64,000 bases of DNA from Mobula birostris (taxonomy: Eukaryota). Made by a program: the position numbers and the translations under genes. Below the pieces are notes generated by a model, which saw only the letters and a program-made list of their open reading frames with translations, made no database searches and had not been told where the DNA came from. The first letter of the stretch is position 1, and each line of letters starts with the position of its first letter. Shown here in pieces: positions 12,646 to 23,421 of the stretch. The stretch is from NCBI RefSeq assembly GCF_030028105.1, contig NC_092396.1:45074068-45138067 (forward strand), read 5' to 3'.

Positions 12646-14554
12646 CCTTCAAAATGCTCTCCCACTGAGAGACCTGACACCTGACCAGGTTCATTTTCCA
12701 TTAGCAGATTAAGTACTGCCTCTCCTCTTGTAGGCTTATCTACATATTGTGTCAGGGAACCTTCCTGAGTGCACCTAACAAACTCCACCCCATCTAAATC
12801 CCATGTTCTAGGGAGATGCCAATCAATATTTGGGAAATTAAAATCTCCCACCACCCCAACCCTGTTATTATTACACCTTTCCAGAATCTGTCTCCCTATC
12901 TGCTCCTCGATGTCCCTGGTACAATTGGGTGGTCTATATAAAAAAAAACACCCAGTAGAGTTATTGATCCCTTCTTGTTTCTAACACTCACAGAGACTCC
13001 GTAGACAACCCCTCCATGACTTTCTGCTTTTCTGCAGCTGTGACACTATCTCTGATCCCTGTCCTTTCTGAAAGATCTAAAGCCTGGCACTCTAAGTAAC
13101 CATTCTTACCCCTGAGCCATCCAAGTCTCTGTAATGGCCACAACATCATAGCTCCAAGTACTGATCCATGCTCTAAGCTCATCTGCTTGTTTCATGATGC
13201 TTCTTGCATTAAAACAGACACATCCCTAACCATCAATCTGAGCGCATCCCTTCTCTATCACCTGCCTATCGCACTGTCTCCAAGCTTTCTCGATTCGTGA
13301 GCTAACTGCCCCTTCCTCCATCTCTTCAGTTCAGTTCCCACCCCCCAGCAATTCTAGTTTAAACTCTCCCCAATAGCCTTAGCAAACCTCCCTGCTAAGA
13401 TATTGGTCCCCCTCGGATTTAGGTCCATTCTGTACAGGTCGTGCCTGCCCCAAAAGAGGTCCCAATGATCCAGAAATCAGAATCCCTGCCCCCTGCTCAA
13501 ATCCCTCAACCACGCATTTACCCTCCACCTCATTCTATTCCTACACTCACTGTCGCGTGACATAGGCAGTAATCGCAAAGCTATTACCTTTGTCATCATG
13601 CTTCTCAGCTTCTTTCATGGTACAGATTGGTACCAACGATATAGGTAGGAAAAGGGAGGAGATCCTGAAAACAGACTACAGAGAGTTAGGAAAGAAGCAG
13701 TTCTCCTTCCCACTTCAGGATATCGTGGACACAATCAAAAACTTCCCAGACCCTGGTACCTGGGAGGCAAACTACAATCCGTGTTTCTTTTTGCATCCAC
13801 AGAATTGTCTGTCTGACCCTCTAACTATAGAGTCCCCTATCATTACTGCCATCCTCTTCCTTTCCCTACCCTTCTGAGCCACAGGGTCAGACTCTGTGCC
13901 AGAGGCGCGGCCACTGTTACTTTCCCCAGGTAGGCCGTCTCCCCCAAAAGTACTCAAACAGGAATTCTTATTGTTAAGGGGGACAGCCACAAGGGTATTC
14001 TCTAGTATCTGACTCCTGCTCTTCCGTCTCCTGACTGTTACCCACTTAACTGTGTCCCAAGACCCTAGTTTAACTACTTGCCTATAGCTCCTCTCTATCA
14101 CCTCCTCATTTTCCCTGACCAGACGAAGGTCATAGAGCTGTATCTCTAGTTCCCCAACCCGGTCCCTAAGGAGCAGCAGCTCGACACACCTGGTGCAGAT
14201 TTAGCCATCCTGGAGGCTGGGAGTCTCCCGGACATCCCACATCTGACACCCAGTACAAAACATCGGCCTCAAAGACATAATTCCTGTTTCTATTCCTCAC
14301 AGGTAACTTACCTCATCTCAAACTGTTATCGCCGAAGCCTAAATGAGCCAAGGCCCTACGACTCTGCCTCAGATCACTCCATTTAAGTACTGTATTTAGG
14401 TAAATACTTCTGCTTAGTGTGTAATATGATTGGCCATTACTTTGATTTTAGTATGAGTCATGACAACATAAGAAACAGCACTATCTACTCCTGAATTAGC
14501 AGATGGATGTAATTGGCTATTACCCTTCCTCAGTAACACATTTAATAAAGACAG

Positions 14555-16070
14555 ATCTCACCACAGAATCACGTCAACTGGTACTACCTCCAGAACCCCC
14601 ACTTTCATCAAATGCTTCTGCCATTCAGCTCAATAGTCAGTTCTGCCAGTGGTTCAGACTTCCAGTCACCATGGACACACTGGACAGGTGTTTGGTGACT
14701 GTAGCCAACACCAAAGGCAGGGGCATCATTTTTCTTAACTAATGGAGTGAGCTGCCAGAATCTATAGGGGCTTTAACACGTTTTCCATTAACTCTGATCA
14801 TTATAAACAGCCTCTTTCTCTTCTCATTCTGCTTGTTTTCCATTACCATACTCACAGTCATAACAATCATTATCATCACATTGTCCCTTGCTTGGTACAT
14901 AGCATATATCTGACAATCTGGCCTTCTTGAGAGGACACACAGAGGGTTTATGACCTGGCTACTGACAATGGTAGAAGAAACTAACTAAGATTCTTTGCCA
15001 TCGTTTCTCCCTCTCAGCAATTCTACAAAATTACTCTGAGCAGGTTAAAGTCTCTGTTGCTTTGGAATGACAGTTGTGATGACGTCCCTTGAGGGGACGG
15101 GACTGAGGTACTGCAGGGCAGGTCAGGCTGCCATGAGTCCATCTGCTGGCTCATGCTTTCGGACCCATGTTCTGGTGTCTGGAGGACAAACCTGCAGCAG
15201 TTGCTCCAGAACAATGGCCTCATCAATCTTTTCCTTGGACTTCTGCTCTGGTTGAGACCCCTCAGGTGAAGATATGTCACAGTGGGTGACTCCCCTGGTG
15301 GTAGAGTAGTGGAATGGAAACGTTGAGATAGATTTCCGCCAAGATGTCAAATTTAGCCGGTAGCGCCTCCTTCAGGTCAGGATAGTTGTTGAATCTCTCT
15401 TCATCCATTGCAGTGTAGGCTTCAGGAGCGTTACCCATCAGTAGTGGCACGAGCTGGTAGGACCAATCCTCCTCTGGCCATTGCCATATCTGGACCATCC
15501 TCTCCAACCTGAGGAGATAGTTCCCAGTATCGTCACCTTGTTGACAAAATGTCATCTTGAGACCCTTCCACAGACTTTGGAGTCTCTTTCTAAGAGCATC
15601 ACCTCTCCTCTGCTGGGTAGACAGAAAGTCTCCGAACAGATTTTGCAGGGTAGTTTGGAGGTGGTGTCACTTGAAGGCCCTTCAGATTCTGGCCTGAGTT
15701 TGGCCCTGGGCTGAAGTTCTTCCTCTGAGGTCTCCGCTATTTCCCCGGGCATCTGCTTTATTTTTAGCCTCGTGGGTTTCCTGACTTGGGACCGTAAACC
15801 TATTTTGCCTCAGGTTGAATACACCTCTTTCCAACCAGCCATCCCAATGCTGCCAACATATGTTGGATACGTGGGTGATGACCAAAGGAAAAATGACTGG
15901 AGTCGCTTAGCACTCTCAAAATTCAGTGAAAATAGTGGAAAGAAAACTGCCAATATTTATCAAAAGATATCTATCAGAAACACAATAATGGCTCCATATT
16001 TATTCTTGTCCAGTGTGAACTCCTGGCAATCCCTATCTCTCTCTCTCATATTCACAGCAAAGAGTTTCTA
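14555..16070 (-). mobile_element. Gmr1-like Gypsy LTR retrotransposon remnant: partial LTR, PBS, gag with SCAN domain, zinc knuckle, protease
   Basis: Gag YLLRLERMVQIWQWPEEDW..LVPLLMGNAPEAY. SCAN-like IVLEQLLQVCPPDTRTWVRKHEP. Knuckle remnant C..PGHKPSVCP at about 14930-14970. Protease VNGKRVKAPIDSGS and CVHGD at about 14660-14795. PBS-like tgttggcagcattgggat at 15841-15858, next to an LTR-end AACA. Confidence 0.8.
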
Positions 16071-16099
16071 CTAGGACATACCATATTTAATTACCCACA

Positions 16100-16790
16100 A
16101 AGTTAACTTAGTAGAGCTACTAGGACTTGATGTTTCAATCCCTATGGTAAGTTGGCACTCTCGATGTTGGCAGTGGGTTTGGAGTGGTGACAAGGAGGGA
16201 GGGTAGGTGCGTCATCGGGGTCATCAGGTGGGCACCCTCCTTCTTTGGCGTTTCGTTGATAAGCCCACGACGTCTCCAGAGGGCTCAACGGTGCTACCTG
16301 GCATCCCAGATACACCCCCCTCAGTTCCATACCCTCCTATCTTCATCTTGCAGCCCAGTTGTTGTCTTTGCTTTTAATCCAAATCCAGTTGCTGCTCTCT
16401 TCTGCTGCATTTGACAAGGACTTGATTGCTTGTTGGAGGGAGTGACCCCTCACCCCCATCTTTTTCAATAGACTGGTTGTAGACGTAGTAACGAATCCCC
16501 TGCATCCCACTTCTACAGGGAAAATCTTGGTCTTCCAGCCATTCTGGGCAGCTTCAGTTGCCAGTTCAGAGTACTTGGTCTTTTTCCTCTCATAAGCTTC
16601 TTCGACACCATCTTCCCATGGTACTGTCAATTCCACAACATATGCTAGCTTGGCTGTTGTGGACCACAGGACCATGTCTGGCCAGAGTGTTGTAGCCGCA
16701 ATGTCTGGGGGAAACACAAGCTTTTTTCCCCAAAGTCCACGTCCATTTTCCAATCCCGAGCAACCTGAAAAATGCTTACATCTTTTGATG
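16100..16790 (-). mobile_element. R2-group (HERO-like) non-LTR element: restriction-like endonuclease C-terminus and 3' UTR
   Basis: PDMVLWS...VVELTVPWE...AYERKKTKY...GW...PVEVGCRGF in ORF 16343-16843 is the PD-(D/E)-type RLE signature. Confidence 0.85.
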
Positions 16791-17204
16791 TGGACTACAC
16801 ATGAATTAGAATATGAAGCACCCCACAACGTAGTTACAATCATATTACAAAAGAAACAGAAGTATCGACCTTAAATACAGTATACAATTACACATTTACA
16901 CTTTATTTCCTGTCAATCAATTAAAACTGAATTTGGCTGGCTCTACCTACCCATCACCCATCCCATGATCCCCTATCAGTTAAGACAGAGACAAAGTTGC
17001 ATTTATATGGTACCTTTCAGAGTCTCAGGATGGCACAGGATGTTATTGATTCACAGACAATACCTCCTTCTTGTCAAAGGAAAGACCGTCCACTGTACTG
17101 TGGTACACACAACACATAGTTGTACCACACGGAACCACCACATAAAACTGTACCATACAGAATCTCCATACACAGCAGAACCACACTGAATCACTATACA
17201 CAGT

Positions 17205-18160
17205 TGTACCATGGGTAGAAGATTGGCTGACTTGCAGAAGACAAAGAGGGGGAATAAGATGTAATTTTTTTTCAGTTGGCTGCTGGTGACCAATAATGTT
17301 CTGCAGGGATCAGTGTTAGATCCACTACTTTCACGTTATATGCTAATGATCTAGATGACAAAATTGTTGGCTTTGTGGCCAGATTTGTGGATGATACAAA
17401 GATAGGTGGAGGGGGCATGTAATGTTGAGGAAGCAGGGACTCTGCAAAAGGACTTGGACATTAGGAGAATAGGAAAAGAAGTGGCAGATGAAATACAGTG
17501 TCGGGAACTGTATGGTCATGCACTTTGCTAGAAAGAACAAAGTTGTAGACTATTTTCTAAACAGCAAGCAAATTCAAAAATCAGAAGTGCGAAGAGACTT
17601 GGTAGTCCTAGTGCAGGATTTCCTAAAGTTTAGCTTGAAGGTTGAGTCAGTAGTAAGGAAGGCAAATGCAATGTTAGCATTTATTTCGAAAGGACCAAAA
17701 TATAAAAGTGAGGATGTAATCCTGATGTTTCATAAAGCACTGCTCAGACCACTTTTGGGGAATTGTGCACAGTTTTGAGCCTCATATACAAGGAAGGATG
17801 TGCCAACATTGGTGAGGGTCCAGAGAAGGCATATGAAAATAATCCAGGAATTAAATGGTGAATGCATGAAGAGCATTTGATGGCACTGCATCTGCACTTG
17901 CTGGAGTTTAGAGGGGGTATCACTGCCTCAAAACAGAAGGACATCCCTTTAGAACAGAGATGAGGAGGAATTTCTTTAGCCAGGGTAGTGAATCTGTGAA
18001 TTCATTGCCACAGACAGTTGTAGAGGCCAAGTCAATGGGAATATTCAAAATGGAGGTTGATAAATTCTTAATTTGCAAGGGTGTCAAAGGTTATGGGGTG
18101 AAGGCAGGAGAATGAAGTTGAGAGCCGAGTCGATGAGCCAAATGGCCAATTCTGTACTTA
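17205..18160 (+). mobile_element. Decayed CR1 3' fragment
   Basis: QGSVL.P, FVDD and KANAMLAFIS motifs, then a CR1-type 3' UTR. Confidence 0.8.
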
Positions 18161-18426
18161 TGTCTTATGATAATAACTTAATCTCACTGTTGTCAATATC
18201 TGAGTTTCTGTGCTTTTTCCTCTCCCCTTCATAGTCCCTTTCAATAACGCTGTGCTCAACTTGAGACTATTTTGAACATGTGAAATTATGAAGAGTAAAA
18301 CAAGGCAAGAGAGTTTTGCAAAGAAACGTGTTGAAACAAAATTCTTGTGAAAGTTTTCACCAATTTCCAACTTGGAGTGAAAATAAGGTAATTAATTAGT
18401 GTCTTCATTTGCATAAAGGTACTGAC

Positions 18427-18453
18427 CTATGGTGTATTTCTCTCCTGGGTGGC
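18427..18453 (-). CDS. HSPG2: Candidate 27-nt micro-exon (G)HPGEKYTI(V/G), possible linker before the SEA domain
   Basis: Acceptor cccttcttgtgacaattacaacag| and strong donor ATAG|gtcagt. Phase 1-1, open and frame-preserving. Supported only by splice signals and phase. Confidence 0.4.
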   Translation of the reverse strand, partial: ATQERNTP

Positions 18454-19549
18454 CTGTTGTAATTGTCACAAGAAGGGACCAACATAACTTCAATAAAAAT
18501 TTAACAAAATCAGGCATGACAAGTTACACAGGGCTGATCTTCTTTGTCACCCTATCTCCAGAAAGGCCAAAAGTTACTTTGCTTACTGAATTTATTTGTT
18601 GTCTTTAAAATATCTCAGGCGACTACTAAAGTAAAGACGTGTCCTGGTGCCTTTACAGAGGTATATTCAGATAAAAATTGTCAGTGAACCAAAGCAAATA
18701 TTAGTCTGGGTGTATATTAGTTTGATATAAAAAGAGAAATTGTGTTTATTGGTGGATGCTTCGAGAATCAGAATGGAAATGAATAGCAAAAGAACAAAAA
18801 AAATGACACATACTTATTTTGTAGGGAATGGCTCAAGCCTAGAGTACACTGTTAGAGGTAACGGTGCAGGGAAATCCAACTGCTGTGTTCAATAGGGAGC
18901 AAAATAAACATTGGAGAGGAAAATACGAGCAGGGCTCTGCCGGGCAGGGTGGGGTGGACAGATCTGCTGGGTGGGCGAGCATGTGGGTGGCTCTGTTGCA
19001 TGGGTGAGTTCATTATACCTTTACCTCTTTGGCCTTCAGGTACCCTGAGGATATTAAACTACAAGTAAAATAAGTTAGTCTGCTTATCACAGTCTGTCAT
19101 CATTTGATTAAATTGTTCTCTCTCCTTGAGAGGATTGTAAAAATATTGTATAGCAGAGTTTCCATTTGAACAACTGCTAACTTGTGAACATTATGAAATA
19201 ATCAATAATATTAGCCACAAAAGGCTGAAAGTAAAGCCTAGCCATTATAGCTAGTGTCTTTAAACAGTACAGCCATGTTTGTGGGCAAAGTTTGCATGTC
19301 ACTAAGCAATCCACCATTTTCAGACCAGCACTGATCAGCTGTTCAAATGCATCAGCTGAGTTAGAAATAATACTGTAACATTTTGCCAGGTCTAAACTTT
19401 TAGACAACAGTCACAAGCATGCAATGTTTATCATGGAGAAACTTAAAACTATACTGAGATGCATCACTCCAGCTGTGCAGGCTTAACAACCACTTCAAAA
19501 CAGTCACTTGGCTTTGCTGCTTGTGTCAGGGTGAGTGATGCACTTAGGA

Positions 19550-20262
19550 ATAGCAGAGTCATCGAAGATGTATCGCACAGAATGCTTCTTTGGCCCATTT
19601 AGTCTACGCTGAAAACTTTTAAACTGCCTCCTCCCATCAAGCTGCACTGGGACCATAGCCCTCCTTACCATCCATGCACCTATCCAAACTTCTCTTAAAA
19701 GCTGAAATCGAGCTCACATGCACCACTTGCGCTGGCAGCTCATTCCACACTCTCACAAACTTCTAGGTGAAGAATTTTCCCCTCGATTTCCCCTTAAACT
19801 TTTCACCTTTCACTCTTAACCCATGATCTACAGTTGTAATCTCACCCAACTTAAGTGGAAAAAGCTGCTTGCATTTCTCCTATCTATACCCCTCAATTGT
19901 GTATAAGTCTATCAAATCTCCCCTTATCCTTCTACATTCCAAGGAATACGTACCTAACCTATTCAACCTCTCCTTATAACTCAGGTCCTCCAGACTCAGC
20001 AACATCCTTATTTACATCGTTCCTGTGGTAGGTGACCAAAACAGCACCAAATACTCCAAATTAGCCTACCAACGTCTTATACAACTTCAACATAACGTAC
20101 CATCTCCGGTACGCAATACCTCGATTTATGAAGACAATGTGCCAAAACCTTTCTTTACGACCCTATCAACCTGTGATACCACTTTCAATGAATTATGCAC
20201 CTGTATTCTCAGATCCCTTCGTTCATCTCCACTGTGTTGAACCTACCCTTGCTGACCTTATC
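19550..20262 (-). mobile_element. Decayed CR1 3' fragment
   Basis: Similar to the CR1 3' end at 8144-8900. Confidence 0.75.
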
Positions 20263-20744
20263 TGAAGGCTGACTCACATTCAGTACCTGGGCCCCTTGCA
20301 CAATATATTGTCAACCCCCTATTGTGAGCTACTCAGTGTTTTTTTTATTACACTGTCATTTTCTAATGGTGTTTATACGTCACTGACACTTCCTAGCAAT
20401 GCACAGTTGGTGACACTCCAAGTAAGACGCAATTAAGAAAAATGTCCAGAAGAATGGTATCCAAAAAGGTGGATTGGAGGAGGAATTTAGAGAACAGAAT
20501 TAAGTTCAATCAAGGCTTAGCCAGCAAGGTAGCAGTGAGATAAGACAGGAATCAGGTTGAATATTCAAATGTCATGAGCAGAGATGGACAGCTCTTGCTG
20601 TCAGCAGAAAGAAAGCAAGTAATAAGAAAGGCTGTTCTCATATGATCCCACTCTTTACCTCAGCTCCAGCACAAGAGAAGGTCTTCGCTCACTGAGTCCA
20701 TCCAGACACTGAGGAAGCTTTGCAATGAGATAACTAAATTAATT

Positions 20745-20963
20745 CAACACACATAAAAGTTGCTGGTGAACGCAGCAGGCCAGGCAGTATCTCTAGGAAG
20801 AGGTGCAGTCGACGTTTCAGGCCGAGACCGTCAGGACGAAGGGTCTCGGCCTGAAACGTCAACTGCACCTCTTCCTAGAGATACTGCCTGGCCTGCTGCG
20901 TTCACCAGCAACTTTTATGTGTGTTGCTTGAATTTCCAGCATCTGCAGAATTCCCGTTGTTTG
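20745..20963. mobile_element. Penelope-derived palindromic non-autonomous element with TSD
   Basis: 85-bp inverted arms at 20745-20829 and 20842-20926 with 1 mismatch. The arms match the Penelope terminus at 60140-60230. TSD taactaaatta at 20731-20741 and 20964-20974. Confidence 0.9.
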
Positions 20964-21849
20964 TAACTAAATTACTTACAAGCTTCCCCACAGCCAGGTG
21001 ACCAAACAGTATGCTAATCTGTTTTAGTGACATGGATTGGGGGATGAAAGAGCTAATCCACATTAAATCACGCCATGTACAGATTGACAAGCTTGGCCAA
21101 TACAACACGGTGCCACAGTGGAGACTCGCATCCAAATCCTGCAGTGCGACACTGAGTATTTCTAAAGTTAGAACTGAATTGGAAATATAAAGCAATGAGA
21201 AGAGGGAAAAGATTGTAGGGTGCCCAACTGAATCAAAAATCTTGGACATCAACAGCTCTCAAGAATCTACAGTGTCACTTGGCTGCCTTGAATTCACAAG
21301 CTGGTCTGGAAATGTAATTCAATCCTTGTCTCCTCATAAGATTTTTTCTCTGCATTAAATTGATGAACACCAAATCTGAAGACTTTCCCACAGACACCAA
21401 GCAACAAACGTATGTCATACATGTTCAATATATACACACAGAAATGGGTGTACCCAGAGAATTTAATATGTAGCAGCAACCATCATCATCAAATGACACG
21501 ATACCCAAAATTCAAATGCAATTTATAACCGTCACCTGAAACCTTGGTGTCAGTGAAATAAAAAGATGTTCTGCATTTTTACTCTACAAAATAAGAAGGA
21601 TGATGATGGATGCAGATTTTGATCTTGAAATACAGCTGGGACTGGGGATCTTGCCAAAACAGATTCTAATCACACGACTCCACAAAGCAGACATCCACTG
21701 ACCCACTTGCTGAGGTGGAACTGTGCATCACAACCAGCACGAGATGACTCACTAGGAAGTCATTCTTAGTTCATTATGAACAGGACTAGATTTTTCTCTC
21801 ATCACAAATACAACTTAGGGCTTCAAGAAACAATTCCATTTTTTTTTAC

Positions 21850-21942
21850 CTGTTTTCTTTCCCTGTGGAATTGTTGGAAACTGTTCTGTGGTGTAATTGA
21901 ACACATCTGGTGTGCTGCCCTCTTCAAAATCAGCACTGCCTT
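21850..21942 (-). CDS. HSPG2: Perlecan domain I exon (equivalent to exon 3): (E)GSADFEEGSTPDVFNYTTEQFPTIPQGKKT(G)
   Basis: Acceptor gttttcctcttattttccacag|AA and donor ACAG|gtaaaa. 93 nt, phase 1-1, in frame with the previous exon. Acidic Gly/Ser-rich stretch in the position of the perlecan GAG-attachment region. Confidence 0.7.
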
Positions 21943-22204
21943 CTGTGGAAAATAAGAGGAAAACAACAAGATTAATTCCAGTCTTTGAAGGCCTCTGTTC
22001 TAAGTCCTGGATGGACAATGGCTCTCAGAATAAAATATCTGGGTTTTTGCACCAATAATCATGTAATTGTCATGATTCAAATGTATTTCTGATTTGCACA
22101 AAAGCCATCCACACAGTTTATACACTGTTGCACTGTACACTGCATGGAATGCAACCCATTTTACAGAATGCAAAAAAAGTAACTTTCATGAGTGGCCGTG
22201 ACTA

Positions 22205-22655
22205 GATTCAAGTTACTGGTTTATTATTGTCACAAGTATATCAAGATATAGTGAAAAAACTTGTCTTGCATACAGTACACACAAATCAAATCTTCACACA
22301 ATGCACTGAGGTAGAACAAGATAAAATAACAAGTCCAGAATAAAGTGTAACAGCTACAGAGAAAGTGCAATGCAGGTAAACAAGTGTGAGAATATAACGA
22401 GGTAGATTGTGAGGTCAAGAGTCCATCTTGTCAGACAAGGGAATCACTTCGTAGTCTTACAAGCTGTTCTTGAGCCTGTTAGTATGTGCTTTCAGATTTT
22501 TGTACCTTCTGCTCAGTGGAAGGGGGGAGCAGAAGAAAAGAGAATGACCAGGATGGGTGGGGTCTTTTGATTAAGCTGGCTGCTTTGCCAGGGCAGTGAC
22601 AGTCTGATTGCCATGATGTCCCGAGCCACGTCCACAATTCTCTGCAGTTTCTTGC
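22205..22655 (-). mobile_element. Old Rex1-like 3' fragment
   Basis: NRKKLQRIVDVARDI-like peptide followed by an aataaa-containing tail. Confidence 0.6.
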
Positions 22656-22904
22656 GATTGTGCATAGCCCAACGTAGAAGGGCAGCCTTTAACTCACTTG
22701 CCTCAGCATCGCTGCCCTGATCCCAAGTGTCAACAGAGAGACCCGCACTTATCACAGGCAGCTACACTTTATTCAAGTAATCAGCTGTGTTAGGGATAGC
22801 TAAAAAGGATACTATTCATCCTGAACTAAAATTACTCCAAATGATGCCTCCACCACAGACTTATTCCACACACTCCTCACTGCAAGTCTCTACAGCCACA
22901 CAGC

Positions 22905-23180
22905 CTTAGATAGGGTAAATGCAAGCAGACTACAACCAGAGGTCATGGGTTAAGGGTGGAAGGTGAACATGAGGGGAAATTTCTTCGCTCAGAGGGCGGT
23001 GAGAGTTGGAACAAGTTGCCAGCGCAAGTGCTGGATGCGATTTTGATTTCAAAGTTTAAGAGCAGTTTGGATAGATACGTGGATGGTAAAGGTATCGAGA
23101 GCTGTGACTGAGGTGCAGGTTGATGGGAGTAGACAGTTAAATGGCTTGGATTGGTCAAAGGGCCTGTTACTGTGACTATG
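22905..23180 (+). mobile_element. CR1 3' fragment
   Basis: RGNFFAQR-like sequence and CR1 3' UTR. Confidence 0.7.
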
Positions 23181-23291
23181 AACTGTGGAAAAGCTGATGG
23201 CTATGGCTTCAATACAGGCAGACAGGGAACAGGAAAGACTCCAAGCTGATGCTGAAGGCTGTTTCAATCCATCTTTCCATTTGCTACCTAC

Positions 23292-23421
23292 CAGCAGACA
23301 CAGTAAGGTCCTCATCGTCTGATGTTAGTGAGTACAACCTCTTCTCTCTATGGTGACTCTGATGCAACTCCGAATCCAATGGGATTGGGACTTCATCCAA
23401 AACCTTCGATGCATTTACAAC
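23292..23421 (-). CDS. HSPG2: Perlecan domain I exon (equivalent to exon 2): VVNASKVLDEVPIPLDSELHQSHHREKRLYSLTSDDEDLTVSA(E)
   Basis: Minus-strand acceptor ttttctccgttttcctgcag|GTT and donor GCTG|gtaggt. 130 nt, open, phase 0 to 1. SDDEDL recalls human perlecan SDDEDM, and human exon 2 likewise starts with Val at phase 0 after the signal-peptide exon. Recognised from memory, not by search. Confidence 0.75.

Larger units (their letters stand above)
7925..14380 (-). mobile_element. Near full-length CR1 LINE (ORF1 Zn-finger/esterase + ORF2 APE-RT) split by two later insertions
   Basis: 3' tail (tttctatg)n at 7925. ORF2 pieces include [43 protein letters not shown] and SADD. ORF1 has VMIGDSIVRG and GTND esterase motifs and an N-terminal CxxC. 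The sequence rejoins across 8143/9775 and across 11752/12646. Confidence 0.9.

Noticed and set aside
16205-16275. GAAAC...CTGATGA in the HERO-like 3' UTR, resembling a permuted hammerhead
   Set aside because: I could not build stems II and III next to the core or a properly placed cleavage triplet.
19025-19058. 34-nt minus-strand segment with tag| and |gtaaag
   Set aside because: In the required phase 1 it reads an immediate TAA, and it has no recognisable similarity.
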